Of a DNA stretch of 64,000 nucleotides, positions 27,301 through 42,300 are shown piece by piece; the stretch's first letter is position 1; the number at the start of each line of letters is the position of its first letter. The notes under the pieces were generated by a model that did not search any database, was not told where the DNA came from, and saw nothing but the letters and a program-made list of their open reading frames with translations. A program made the translations under genes and the position numbers. Source of the DNA: Enoplolaimus lenunculus (lineage: Eukaryota); NCBI GenBank assembly GCA_030248215.1, contig JASANG010000727.1:372001-436000 (forward strand). Direction: 5' to 3'.

Positions 27301-30300
27301 TTTCCGAGAGAGTCAATTTGACTCACCATTTTTTGTAGTGAGCGATTATTCGTCAAAAATATATACTTTATTATAAAGAATACCTCGGCAGGCTCCATCT
27401 CTATATTCGTATCCAGTTGCACAAACGCATTCGTACGATCCTGCAGTGTTCACACAATCTTCGCCATCTGCACAAGAGCCTAAGCCCGAAGTACATTCGT
27501 TAACGTCTGCAATTACAAAATTTAAACTTGCAAAAATACGCACAAATCATCGACGTTGTTCTGCATTATATGCATCATTCACAGTAATTTGCTTATACAC
27601 TTGTGTGGAAAATGCAATTTCAACTATCAGCATAATAAATTTACGCAATTTTTGCAGTTTTCTTGAATTAAATATTTATTAATAGCAACAAATTCGTTGA
27701 AATATTAACCCCTTCTCACATTGAGTTGCCTATAGCAACTGAGCGCAGTGTATATACGTTAAATAATATATATCGCACCGTGTTTAACAATTGCAACACG
27801 TATACATAGTACTAAATCACCACAAGACGTGAGAGTTTCCTCGGACTCGAGCATCAAGCTCCTATAGCTGAGTGGTGATGGTATACGCCTCCCACTCCAG
27901 CCACTGGAGTTCGAATCGTAGCATAAAAGTAGGTCTCAGGGGAAATAGAAAATATTCATGTGAGAAAGGGTTAAACAAGTAAGTGCGATATGGTTGTGAG
28001 TAGGTAGTGCGCTTGACTCGCGAGCGCGAGAGGTCCGAGGTTCGATTCCCGGCGTGGCCATATGTTTCGGAGAAATTTAGGGGGAAAACCATGTATATTC
28101 GCAATACTTCGAGCAAAAGGGTCGTCCCGACCGTGCAGTTCTGACAACGGTCACTGTATGGCATTTCATGGCAGTAATAAGTTGACGCTGGTAATTACCA
28201 AAGATATTAAATTCCAAATAATACATCTGAAACAGATGCCACGTATTGAACCGATGGTTAATGTCAATGATAAAGATAGCAAATTTTACGTACTGTAGTG
28301 ACCCGAATAAGAGGGGTAGACTGATATTTATTTGGCCTCTCCAGAGGGTACCCCCTCCTTGTTATTCGGTTACGGACTGTTATTTACTTTCAACCCACGC
28401 TCCGCTGTCCTTCGTTACTGATATATCCGGTACTGCAATTATCCGTTCAATTAAACATTTATTTGTCTTGTGTAATAGCTTAAGCGATAATGCAACGTTA
28501 AAAACTTAAGTACGCTTTAAAGTTTCGAACTCAAATTATTTGGTCCTGGAGTCATATATGCGCTACAATTAGGGTTAATTGACATTTATTGACTCTAATT
28601 AGGGTTTAGAGACTCTATCTACTTACGGACTCTTATTAGGGATACGGACTCCAATTGATTCGGACTCAAAATGGGGAATCCCTTCTTATTACCCCTCCGC
28701 CTCTTATTCGGGTCAATACAGTACGCGAGTTACTCTGAAATCTGCATACGGTAATATACAAAGCAAGAAATATAAAGCTTAAAAATCAAATAACCAAGTA
28801 CAGGGTGGCATCGCCCTGTATTTTACAACCGGTTCCTTGGCATCATATAATAATTTCGAATAGGTGTTTGTTGCGTAACCAATAGAAATACATCCAAAAC
28901 CCTTAGAACAAATATCACAGCATGTGGTACCTTGACCCATTAACTTAATCATCATCTGGCTAAGCTCTTGATCTAGAATATTCCGTACCTACACATCCGA
29001 TGCCATAGTATTCGTATCCTGCTTTGCATTGACACTCATATCCTTGATTCTTATTGACACATTCTTCAGACTGACGATTACAGTCGTGTGATCCCGTTAC
29101 ACATTCATCGATGTCTAAAACAATACAATATTAAACAAGGACGACCCATGTATAGCACAGGGCCGGAACAGTAGTATAAGCATATTCCTATGCCTACGCC
29201 TAAGCCTAAGCCTAAACGTATAGATGAGCCTATTTCTAAGCCTAAGCCTAAGCCAAAACGTATGGATGAGCCTATTTCTAAGCTTGCGCCTAAGCCTAAG
29301 CGTAAGCCTAAAGGTACGGATGAGCCTATTTCTAAGCCCAAGCCTAAGCCTAAGCCTGAGCAAAAAAATTAGTCAAAAGCTTAAACTGACTCTATTATAG
29401 CCCCTCCGGAAAACGATCCGGCCCTATTCTATACATGGGCCACAAGGACTGTACATTTATATGGCTTCTAAATCTCCTATTTGTTCCAATACCATACATA
29501 GCTTGATCTTGAGAGAAACGAAGCGACAGAAAACGACAGTATCAAATAAAATCGCTTAATAGTTTGAAGTGATCGTTTTAGCTATCGATAAAATGAAAGC
29601 TGGAACGCACCACATACGTATTTTGGACACTGTTCCAGCTGATTTTAGATATGTACGCAAATTAGTAGTAAAATCTTTATAATCCTAAATGGAAGGTTTT
29701 ATAGATATAACTTATACATTATTAAATTTTTGTGGTTACATGCTAATAATTAAGAAAAAATCTCAAAAAAAAATTAAAACAAAACAAAAACCGCAAGGGC
29801 CATAATAAAAAAAAAATTTAAAAACATCCATAACACAAACAAAAAAAAATATATAAAAATAAAATATCTCCACTATAACTACAAACACCACGTTAAGTAA
29901 TTACTTAGCACGTATTTAAGTACTAAGTCGTACTTAAGTAAGCTTTCAAAAACCCAGCCAATATTTTTGTTCGAAATTGTGTTGCGATATTTTTGACTGA
30001 AATATGTTGACATCCGTTACAAATATTGCACTGCACCTAACTCGACCAGTATTAATAAATTTTATATAAGTATAGCTAGCTCTTATTTGAAACTTGTTTT
30101 AAACTTTAAGAATTAATCAAATTGAACTGAGTAGGGTTTTGTACTGTTAGTATAGCAAAGCTGAGGATATACTTTGATGTCCTTTGTACCGTCAGGAGTC
30201 GTCCAGTAGCGTCATTCGAAGTTCTCTTTGACACGAGAAAGTTCCAATCAAAAGTTAGCAAATTACAATGTGCCCAATCAGTAATAATTTCAACGCAAGT

Positions 30301-33300
30301 TCAAATTTGAATAGAATAGCCTCAATATTAACTGAATATTACAAAAAGCCAAAAATAACTGTACCTTAGCGACTCCGAGAAACTATATTGCGCTGATATT
30401 AGTCGTGTCCTACTTCAAGGAAGTCTAAAGCTAAACTATTTAGTAGGACGTACCGACACATTTATCATCCAGCAACTCTGATCCCTGAGCACACTGACAG
30501 GTATATGATCCAACCGTATTTGCACAGACTTCAATATCCGAGCAGGTGTACGTTCCTCGAAAGCATTCGTTAATGTCTGCAATGAAACTCAGCGTTGACA
30601 ACTGTGATCAGCTTCTACTGTTGGCTGGTGATAGGTTTTTCAGCCAATGTTGCTTTGAGGGGCGTAACAGTAGATTAAGCGTATTCCTAAGTCTAAGCCT
30701 AAAAGCCTAAACGTTTTAAAAATGTGTTCCTAAGCCTAAGCCTAAGCCAGGGCAAAAAATGTAAACCAGTATCTAAACCTACTCTTTTATGGACCCACCA
30801 AAAACCTTGACGCCCTTTAAAGTAACATGGGCCGGTTTTTCAATAAAGTCCATTGGGTAGATTAAAAAAATGAGATACGAAAAACTTTTTCGAGCGTAGC
30901 GAGCAAAAAGCTAGACGTAATATAAGTTGTCATTAATGAAAATTATGAAGCACTGGTTAGGCTTAGGCTTAGGCTTAGGTTTAGGAATAGGTTCATCCAT
31001 ATGCTTAGGCTTAGGCTTAGGCTTAGGTATAGGTTCATCCATATGCTTAGGCTTAGGCTTAGGCTTAAGCTTAGGCTTAGACTTTGAATTTGATTACGGG
31101 GAGCAGGCGATAACACCGCAAGACGTTAACATTCGTTGTTGTCTTTTTGCAACTTGTTTTGCTACAATTCAGCACAAGTTTGCACTCGCAGCTGCTGTAG
31201 GTTGCTTGATTGCAATCCAACGAATCCGTAGCCATAGCAAGGCAGGGTGGCCTCTCAATTCTTGCCCTGAAACAAATTTTGCACCCCCCTCTCGACTACA
31301 AAAGTTTGAAACTACGCCGCCGTCGGCGAAATTCGTTTACCTTCACAAATTCCGTTAATCGATTCAAAACCAACTTTGCAAACGCAGTCCCAGCCGTATT
31401 TAGTGTTTTGACATTCTTGTGTTGTACGATCACAATCGTGCATATTGTTAGCGCATTCGTCAACATCTAAAATTTGATAGCTTCAGTGGCCAATGTTACT
31501 TTAAGGTGCGTCCAGGTTTCTGGTGGGTCTATAAAAAAAGTAGGTTTCAAGTCTAGATTACATTTCTTCGCTTTGGTTTAGGCTTAGGCTTAGGCATACG
31601 AACACATTTTTGCAACGGTTAGGCGTAGGTTTAGGAATACGCTTTTGCAACGCTTAGGCTTAGTCTTAGGCTTAGGAATACGCTTTTGCAACGCTTGGGC
31701 TTAGGCTTCGGCTTAGGAATACGCTTCATCTACTGTTTACGCCCGTAAAAGTAACACTGGCCGCTTAAGTCATGAAAAATTCGTAAAAAATTGCGAAACC
31801 TGTGAAGGTGTAGATCGAATCTGATACGCAGTGTCCGAGGCTGCGTTAAAAATTAGAATATTTTCCAGTTTTATACAGACTTTTAGGGTTACATGTGGTT
31901 TGTTCATATCAAAATACCTTGACAAACGCCATTATTCATGTAAAATCCATCTTTGCAAACGCATTGGTACGAGCCACGGGTATTTTCACAGTTGTTTATA
32001 GTAGTGTCACATGTTGTCGACTGAATATCCAAGCATTCATTGATATCTGAATATGAATCAAAATATCAACCTTTGAAGACTATAAAGATCATGGAAATAA
32101 GTGTATCTAGGGAAACCATATTGGCACTTTACGTTTTCCTACATAAGCTTAGGATTAGACATAGGTTTAAAAAAACTTAACCTAACTCTTCGTCTAAGCC
32201 ATTGCTTGACCAGAATAAGAGGGGGTAATATGAGGGGGGTCCCCATTTTGAGTCCCAATCAATAGGAATCTGTATCCCTAATAAGGGCCCGTAACCGGAT
32301 AGAGTCCCTAAATCCTAATTAGAGTCCATGAAGGTCAGTTATTCGTAATTGTGCTGCATAAATAACTCCATGACCAAATAATTTGAGGTCGAAACTTTAA
32401 AGCGTGATTAAATTTTGAAAGTACATTCCTAAGTATAACCTTGCATTATAGCTCAAGTTATTGATACAAGACAAACGTTTAATTCAACAAATAGTTGCAA
32501 TACCGAATATATCAGTAACGAACGGCGGCGTAGGTTGTGATAAATATAAATAACAGTTCGTAAACCTAATAACAGTGCGGGGCGCCCTTTGGAGAGCTCA
32601 AATAAATATCAGTCCCCCGTTCTTATTCGGGTCACTACAGTACCGAAACCTACCGCAATCTTAAATTTGGAAAAAGTGAGCAAGAGCTCACATTACATTT
32701 AACCTGTTTACAATATTAATAAAATAGTAATTTTTACATTACATTCGATGAGTTCAAAGTCTATCATGCAAACTCTGAAACGTCCAAAAATAACGGCGTA
32801 CATTTCGCAAATGTGACGCCATAACCAACAACCAGCGGACGCTGACCAAATATTAATTTAATGGAAAACAGAACAAAAGCACTCGTAGCTTCACAAATGC
32901 AAAGGACGTCAACTGATTTGATACCAAAATGAAATGAAGAGAATTACATGGCTATTTTACTACGCATACAAATGTATCGATATTATATAATAAAGCAAAT
33001 TTTGCAAACTAAAATCGTGTAAGCTTCGGGCTTTCTGGCCCTAAACATGTGGGTTTGAGGTTGGCAAAAAACCAGTTAGCAGGATTTGTTGTTTCTTTGC
33101 TACATGAATTTAATCCCAAGATGAGTTTTGAAAACTAACGCAGTTTACACAGGTGAAAATGTTGCATCCAGCGAGGTTTTGTCGCTGTTACTCAAGATAT
33201 TTGCTATGATTCCTGTATTTTTATGCAAAGCCGTGTCTGTATTTCTATACCCATTCGGAAAAAAAACAGGAAAAACCGAAAAAACTTTTCTTCCGTTGGG

Positions 33301-36300
33301 TTCTTTCGATGCTCAATCTTGTGATATCAGGCCCCTCGTAGCCAGGCTCACCTTGCTAGGGGACCAGCGAGAGAGGCTAAAAATTTTTCAGCAGGGGCAT
33401 TCAAAGGTTTTTAATGAGTGACAAGCAAGGTTGAAAATTCTCTAGGGGCCAAATATCGCTTTAACATAATAATTATATTGGTCTGCCTAATTGGTCCAAG
33501 CCTTAGTCTAGTCTAAATAGCAGGGTTCCATTGGAATTTTGATCCCGGCTAAAATTCCGGCAAAATTTGAGCTGACACCTATGGCGATGCCGGAATTCTG
33601 ATTTTTCGGTTATTAGTTATTAAGATGATTGAACTTAGATTTTGCTTGCTTCGTTTTGTTTGGTTCATTTTCAATTTATTCGGTTGGTTTTTCTTACAAA
33701 ATATTCCGAGTTGTTATGGGTCATCCACGTTATACTGTCTACGCTACTGAAAAAATTGTCCCCACGTACAAGCCCCTAAGTCTGTAATTTTATTGTTTCC
33801 AAATTTCATGTCCAAATGTCACTCATGTCCTGTGTATACCCTGCTGACAACACACACTCTCTCTGAACGACCTATGCTTGGTCACGTTCCCGTCCATACC
33901 CATGCTAAATTGTCAATATGTTATTTAAAGGACAACTGTTTTGTCCAGTGTCTGTCAGAAGGGACTCCGCTTATTTCAAAACACAAAGTTTGTCGGAAGG
34001 AACTTTGCTTTGCATTTATACAGGGTCTGTTCGAAGGAACTCGTATTAGACACTTTGTCCAGACAGTGTCTACATTGTCCTTAGTCCCTTCGAAGGACCT
34101 GCTTTCAAAACCCACTATCTAGTTACACCTTCTGTGAAGTCCTTATAGCTTAAGGACATTGTCGTTTTGTCCCGCCCTTAAAACCAGGTGTGTGGACAAT
34201 TTTTTACAGTAGCGTAGACAGTATTACGTGGATGATCCATTACGTGTATTCCGTCAGCTATATAAACAATTTTTATTGAAACTGTGAACAGTAACGGAAA
34301 CAGGTATACTGCAGCAAAACTTAAAAAAAGTCATATACCTTTAACGTTTTAATAGAATTACGAAAACTTGATTCCGATTACGATTCCGGTTCCAACAGAA
34401 AAAAATTGATTCCGATTTCGCTTCCGACAAAATCTAGTTCCGGTTGGAACCTTGCTAAATAGAAGCCTAATCTAAACCTAGACCTTCCAATCTCAGGTTC
34501 CCATAACTTTACTGTCTCCTAATTGGTCAGACGACTAGAGTTAACATGGATGTTTTCGTTTTGACATCATGGCAATGGTTTAAACATAAATGTAATCTTC
34601 AGCATAAGAAAAAGTTTGAAACTAAGCAATAAAGGTCTAGATTAATCCAAGGAATTAGCTTTTATCCTATTAATAGCACAAGGGTAACCGCAACTGCTTA
34701 AAAAGTAACACGGGTTCCACAACAGGCCCGGTAGCCAGGTCCCGTTTTCAGGAGGGGCATACAAGGATTTCCGTTGACTTACAAGCAAGGTTGAAAATTT
34801 TTTAGGAGGGGAGGGGTAAAAATTTATCGAGGGGGCTGCCTTTGGCGCTACGAGCACGAATGCAATACGGCTTACCTTCACATTGACCAGTGTGTGGATT
34901 GTGAACAAATCCGTCAACACATTCGCAGCGATAACTGCCAACTGTATTAAGGCAAGTTTCTACTCGAGAGTCGCATACGTAAGGTCCCTGGGCGCACTCA
35001 TTGGCATCTGTAAACATGAAATTTAACTTGAATATCATAAAAGATACGGCCTATCTTACTTTAAGGGACGTCCAAGTTTCTGGTGGGTCTATAAAAGAGT
35101 AGGTTTTGATTCTAGATTACATTTTTTGCTTAGGCTTAGGCTTAGGCATAGGCTTAGGAACACATTTTGCAACGCTTAGGCTTAGACTTAGGCTTAGGAA
35201 TACGCTTAATCGACTGTTACGCCCCTAATAGTAACATTGGCCAAAGATACAGCCTAGCGTTTGGATTTAGACTTAGGCTTAGGTTTTGATCATTGCGCTA
35301 TGATGCTTTAGGCTTAGGTTTGGGTTTAGGAAAGCATTGTAAATTCCTATGAGTTAATTAATCAACTTCCCTTTAATCAACTCAACTCAGAGTAGGAATT
35401 ATCGAAACTCAGAGTGTGTTAAAGTTTCCTGTTGTTAACTCAGAAATAACTAACTTTTCGTCTGAGTTGATTAATTAACTCATAGGAATTTACAGTGCTT
35501 TCCTAAACCCAAACCTAAGCCTAAAGCATTTAGGAAAGCATTGTAAATTCCTATGAGTTAATTAATCAACTCAGACGAAAAGTTAGTTATTTCTGAGTTA
35601 ACAACAGGAAACTTTAACACACTCTGAGTTTCGATAATTCCTACTCTGAGTTGAGTTGATTAAAGGGAAGTTGATTAATTAAATCAGAATGAGTTCAATC
35701 AAGTCACAATTCTGAGGTCTGACAGTCCTAACATAGACTGAGTGGTTCAACTTATTCTGAGTTAAAATCAACTCACCGGAATTTCCAGTGTGCTTATGCG
35801 ACTACTCTTATTTGCCTCAAAGTAGCAATGGCCAATCCAGCAATAGCAGGACACAGGGGGCAGTGAAAGTTGATAGCAATTGGATAAGCTGATGCTACTC
35901 AGATTGAACGCAGTGGAAAATCAAACGACCACATCCCGACTTACTACGTTTAAGCACAAGGTTACACTCGGATCGATCCTTGACCGAAAAATACCAAATA
36001 GCTTGCAAAGCGGCCATTTTTACTTTTAGAGGCGTAACAGCAGCCTAAGCGTACTCCTTATCCCAAGCCTAAACTTGAACTTCAACGCTAGAATAAGTCT
36101 GTAAAACTAACCTTATACCGAAGCAAAAAATTCGTCTAAAGCTTGGGCTTACTCTATTGCAGAGTCCCGTGAGACAACGGGACACGCTGAAAGTAACATG
36201 GGCCATTAAAAATCATGCCGATTCACAGATTGCTGGGAAGTTGCTCTACAAACGAATACAAAATAAAATTGACAAGGTGGTACCAAACCTGGTCAAAAAC

Positions 36301-39300
36301 CAATACCTTCACAAAGGCCAGAAAGTGTCCGCTGGTATCCTGTTGGACAGCGGCACGTATATGAACCAATTGTATTCATACATTCCGCTTGAACCAAATC
36401 GCCACCTTGAGTCTTGCAGTTGTTTGTTGTGTCACTGTTGCATTCGTTGATATCTGAAATTAATAAATTGCGAAATGAAATTCTATAATTTTCACATTTA
36501 ACCAATTATTTTCAATGTTTACATTTTTTCTTCAAAAAATTCTACAAACACTTCGTTTAGACAATAGCAAAATATAAATTCGCTGTAATTCTTGATCGAC
36601 GGAGGTGTAAGTAGCAGAATTAAGGTATAAAATTAAAATTGTAGAAAAAAAAATGCTTTCAAACTAACCTTCACACTTGCCGTTCACCAGAGTAAATCCG
36701 TCCATACACTGGCACGTGAAACTTCCTGGAGTATTGACACAAATTTCCATTGCGCTGCAATCATGGGTGTTTGGATCGCTACATTCGTCAACATCTGAAA
36801 AATAATGAAATACCGCTTTATATATTTTATATAATTTATGCGTTCAGATTTTATTGCTTAATTTCTGAGATAATCTCAGCACTCCAGTAGCCAGCTCACC
36901 TTGCTAGGGGTGACTAAAAAATTTTCAGGATGGGCATACTAGGGAGTTCAATGACTTACAAGCATGGTTAAAAATTTTGTTGGGGGAGCCAAAATTTTCT
37001 CGGGGGGGTGGTGGGTCGCCCTGCTCCACCCCCTTGCCTACGGGGCCCGAATCTCAGGCGTTAAACAAGCCCAGCTATATTAACGAACGCCCCGATTGAC
37101 CATGGCGGCACGGAAAATACAAACGTAGCTTCTTAATTTTTGATAAAATTGCATGACGTCATATTAATGCCCAGGTTTTTGTAAACGTTCGTAAAAGTTT
37201 ACTGACGAGACATTTACTCTTAAGTTTAAACTAAAACTAAAAGCGTGAAATTAATTTTAATTATATTCCAGTCAAAGTTTAAAAGCTACAATTTTAGTTT
37301 TTATTTTCGGTCCATATAACGAACAGGGGCGGAACGTTTTTCTGTGAGACTGCCATAGAGTAAGCTTAAAACTTTAGACTAATTTTTTTGTTTGGCCTAC
37401 GCTTTGGCTTAGGGTTAGGAATAAACTCATTCTTACGCTTAGGCTTAGGCTTATAGGCTTAAGCTTAGGCTTAGGAATATGCTTATAATACTGTTCCGCG
37501 TCTGTTATTAACATTGGCCCGAATATTTAGCATATGTAGTAATTTATGCAGTAATTTTACCCACAGCACCGACCAATGTAGTAGTTTCTTGTGGGGATCC
37601 TGGGTTGAATTTTTTTGTATGATGGATACCATGGCGTATACTTACTGGAGCCCGATGCAGAATAATGCTTAGCGAGCGAAGTTAAACAAAAACCCCCACA
37701 CCAATAATGTTGCGTACCGGTTGTTTACATTGACCGAATTTTCCAGGACAAAGTTAACCGGTTTGAAAAATCCTACATGGTTGCCAAATGAATATAGGCT
37801 TGATGATGTGTTAAAAACTACTATAATCAATGTGAACGACCACCGGAATTGTTTCAACGCTTACCATCACAGGCACCGCTGATAGGAGCAAATCCAGTAT
37901 TGCATACACATTTGAACGAACCGTCAACGTTAATGCAAGCTTCATTAGCTCCACAAGTATGTGTGCCGGATGTGCATTCGTTAACATCTGCAAAAAAATC
38001 ATAACCGCATAAAGTTGAGTTCGGGCCCGTAGATGAGTAACGTGGGGGTCAGCCCTCCACTGGAAAAATTTTGACCGCCCTAGAAAAATTTTAACGTTGC
38101 TTACAAGTCACTAAAAACCATTGAATGCCCCTTGTAAAACATTTTTAGCGCCCCATAGCATGGTGAGCTGGTTATGGACTTGGTTGAGTTTTATATGTTA
38201 TTACTGTGTATTTCACCGAACATGGGCGGCCCGTGATGCCGAGATATAGTTCATTGAGCCCTCACTGCAAAAAATGGTGAGTCAAATATTGACTCTGACT
38301 CGAATTTGACTCAGTTTGTGTAGTCGCGCAGATCCTATTTCGGGGAGAGTCAATTTGACTTGCCTTATTTTTGCAGTATACAAACGACATTTTATATAAA
38401 TCGCAAATTTAACCAAATTTACTGTCCAGCGCTCGTATTCTTAAAAGAGGATAGCATCTAAAGGCCTATTATCAATACTGATAATAGGTGTTGTGATTTA
38501 GACTCACTGTGAATAGCGAGCTATGAAATTCAGCACAATTTTTTTCAGATTTGATTTGCCCTTACACTGCAAAAAATTGTGAGTCAAATATTGACTCTGA
38601 CTCGAATTTGACTCAGTTTGTGTAGTCGCGCAGATCCTATTTCGGAGAGAGTCAATTTGACTTGCCTTATTTTTGCAGTATACAAACGACATTTTATATA
38701 AATCGCAAATTTAACCAAATTTACTGTCCAGCGCTCGTATTCTTAAAAGAGGATAGCATCTAAAGGCCTATTATCAATACTGATAATAGGTGTTGTGATT
38801 TAGACTCACTGTGAATAGCGAGCTATGAAATTCAGCACAATTTTTTTCAGATTTGATTTGCCCTTACACTGCAAAAAATTGTGAGTCAAATTGACTCTCC
38901 GAAATAGGCTCTACGGGATTACACAAACGGAGTCAAATTCGACTCCGACAGCGTCAAACGTGCGACTCAGTGAATCGAATTTGACTCTGCCGGAGTCGAA
39001 TTTTGACTCAATTTGTGTAGTCCCGTAGAGCCTATTTCGGAGAGAGTCAATGTGACTCACTATTTTTTGCTGTGTACTTGTGTACAAATTATCAAATACG
39101 CAACTGTCAGGAATTAGTGAGTTTGAAAACTTATCAACAACTGGTGATTGGTGCTATACGCATTTAAAAATATGGACACTCCTTGCAAAATTTGTGTTAG
39201 TTTATTGTGACTGAAATTCGTATGAGTAAAAATTACGCTGAACCATAGCTGAAAACTGCATAAATTTCGCAGTAAAAACCACTCACTTACTGCAAAAGCT

Positions 39301-42300
39301 GTAGTTTATCAAAAGTACCTACACAGAGCCGGATCCACAAATTTCTGACTGGATGGAGGGGAGGGTTTGCAAATGTTATGAAAATGCAATTTAGCGAAAC
39401 ATTGTTAGGCCCATGTAAAGATCAGGGGCGGAACGTTTTTCTGTGGGATTAGAAAAGAATAAGCTTGAAGCTTTAGACTAATTTTTTTGCTTGGCTTAGG
39501 CTTAGGCTTAGGCTTAGGAATATGCTCATTCTTACGCCTAGGCTTAGGTTTACGCTTAGGCTTAGACTTAGGCTTAGGCTTAGGAATACGCTTATAATAC
39601 TGTTCCGCCCCTGTTTTTTTACGTTGGTCCATTGTTATGTGAGTATCTTATCATTTTATCACAAAAAATTTTGAGAGGGAAAAATTGTAAAGTAAGGGAG
39701 GGACGTTATACCATTTTATCACTAAAAAATTCTCACAGGTGGCGTACGCCAACCCGCCGTTCCTCTGGATCATCTGCTAGTGAAAGCATAAACAGAAATT
39801 TAACAGAACATTGAAACAAAGTTCAACTGCTAAAACAGAATTGATAATTTTCAATGGAACGAATTCGAATACAAATCACACTCAACCACAGCTGTTGAAA
39901 TTGTAAGAATTTGAGACATGCTTGTCCATTATATGCACATGCAATATAGTGTAGTACTACACTGTATGTATGCTTGGCTGTCAGCATACAGTCGTCACAT
40001 ATAGTCCACGAAAAATGCAGTTGGAGAGGCGGGCTGCGTGGCGTAGTGGTAGAGTGTTCGCCTAAGGATCCGTACGCTGACAGTTCGATCCCCACTCTGG
40101 AGGCTCGCTTTCCCAGCTGCTTAGTAGAAACGTCTGAAATCCCGGTTCCTGCCTAGACTGACAGAAATAATTCTTACCAACACACAGGTTATTTAGTCTT
40201 TCATATCCGTCTTTGCAATCACATGTCCAACTACCAACGGTATTTACACAAGTTTCCAGATCATCTGCGCATGTAAAATCACCAGTGACACACTCGTTTA
40301 CATCTGGAATGCATATTCCACAATAATTTTCGTACGCTGGGTGCCTTAGCCTTATGATGTATTGAGCGGCATTCTGGTTTTCGACGGCGTCCGTCACTCG
40401 TACGGCGCCGTCCGTTACCCGTACGGCGCCGTCCATTACCCGTACGGCGCCGTCCGTCACTCGTACGGCACCGTTCGTCACTCGTGCGGCACCATTCGTC
40501 ACTCGTGCGGCACCATTCGTCACTCGTACGGCACCGTTCGTCACTTGTACGGTGCCGTCCGTCACGCGTACGGTGCCGTCCGTCACCGTGCGGTATCGTA
40601 CGCAAATAACTCACGTACAATAACGTATGATGACGCACGGTGATAGACGGCACCGAACGTCAAGTATAGCGCAACCCTAAGTTTAAGCTTTAAACCAATT
40701 TCTTGCTTTGCTTTGTCTTAAGACTACGCTTAAGTATAGGCTAATCGTTTCGATGTGGTTTAACAATACGCTTATACCTGGTCCTGTTACACCTCCCAGA
40801 GTAACGTTGGCCGATAACGTTTTAGCGGTTATTACTGTACCAGTGCAGGCATAACGACATTTCGTCACCCCGACAACTCGTCGATCAATACTTCGGAACC
40901 CGGTCACTCATAGACCCGACCGTTTTTTCACCGGCCATAGAACCGAAAAATTGTCTCCCTTCATTAGGCTTAGGCTTTTGATTGGCTAAAGTTAACCTTC
41001 GGCGGTTATTGGACGACGGGTTGGGGCGTACAATCGTAAGTTCAGCAAAGCTGTAATTATGCTAATCAAGAGGTGCAACTGATGTAATTTGTTTGGGAAC
41101 TGGAATAACATAAACTTTTCTTATTACTTTGCTAGTAGCTTTCAAGGTTTCTTTCACACTTTGCCTCAACAAAGCTGAGGTCTTAGACCCAGAACTTAGA
41201 CTAAGAGACATTGGTAAGTCTTTTACTAAAGCTGATACGAGCATAGGTGCGCTGATGGAATTGTGTACTCGAGGTCTATTGAGTAGCAAAGACTGTGTCT
41301 GAAACGAAGTTTTTTCATATGCTAACACTTTAAGCATATATTAATGTTTGTGTAAGTTCTTTTCGCTTTAATATACCAAACAGTATTTAAACGTTACGTT
41401 TATCCCAACGAGGAATAATCAACTCGACCATAATATGCGTTATTTATCACGCAATTTTTTCAATTTGTTTGGTTGAATCCATTTTAAAACCTGCTTACGA
41501 TTGGTTGAATCCAATTTGAAACCTGCTCACGATTGGTTGAATCCAATTTCAATCCTGCTCATGATTGGTTGAATCCAATTTCAAACCTGCTCACGATTGG
41601 TTAAATCCAATTTAACACCTGCTCCCGATTGGTTGAATCTAATTTCAAACCTGCTCAGTATTGGTTGAATACAATTTCAATCCTGCTCACGATTGGTGGA
41701 ATCCAATTTCAAACCCTCTCACAATTGGTTGACTCCAATTTCAAACCCTCTCACAATTGGTTGAATCCAATTTCAAACCTGCTCACGATTGATTGAATCC
41801 AATTTTAAACCTGCTCACAATATTTACCTTGACAGACACCGTTAACCATTTTGTAACCATCACGGCAAATACATTGATAAGAACCGACGGTGTTTTGGCA
41901 TATTTCATGAAGACCACACGATGTTGTCTGTCCAATGCATTCGTTCACATCTGCAACAAATCCAAAAGTCAACACATAAAGGGCATGGGCGCATACTAAG
42001 GATGCGCGCCCGTCGCCAAGGGGCGGGGGCAGGGGGGCTCAGCCCCCCTTTCGAAAATTTTGGCCCCGTAGAAAATTTTCAACTTTGTTTGTAAGTCATT
42101 GTAAACCCTTGAATTTCCCTCCTGAAAAGTTTTAGCTCCCCCTAGCAATGTGAGCTGGCTACGGGCCGTGTAAGGTAGGTGTACTAGATATATATTCCAA
42201 GACATTGTTGCTCGGGTCACTGTATACAAAAGTACTGCAACACTAGTATAGGCATATTCGTAAGCCTAAGTCTAAGCTTAAGCTTAATAATAAGCCTATG

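Noticed and set aside
27991..28060. Functional tRNA genes (also 40030-40110)
   Set aside because: No intact cloverleaf; better explained as SINE heads
41470..41820. CRISPR-like regular repeats (also 20651, 53534)
   Set aside because: Head-to-tail units without unique spacers, no cas genes, eukaryotic intron context
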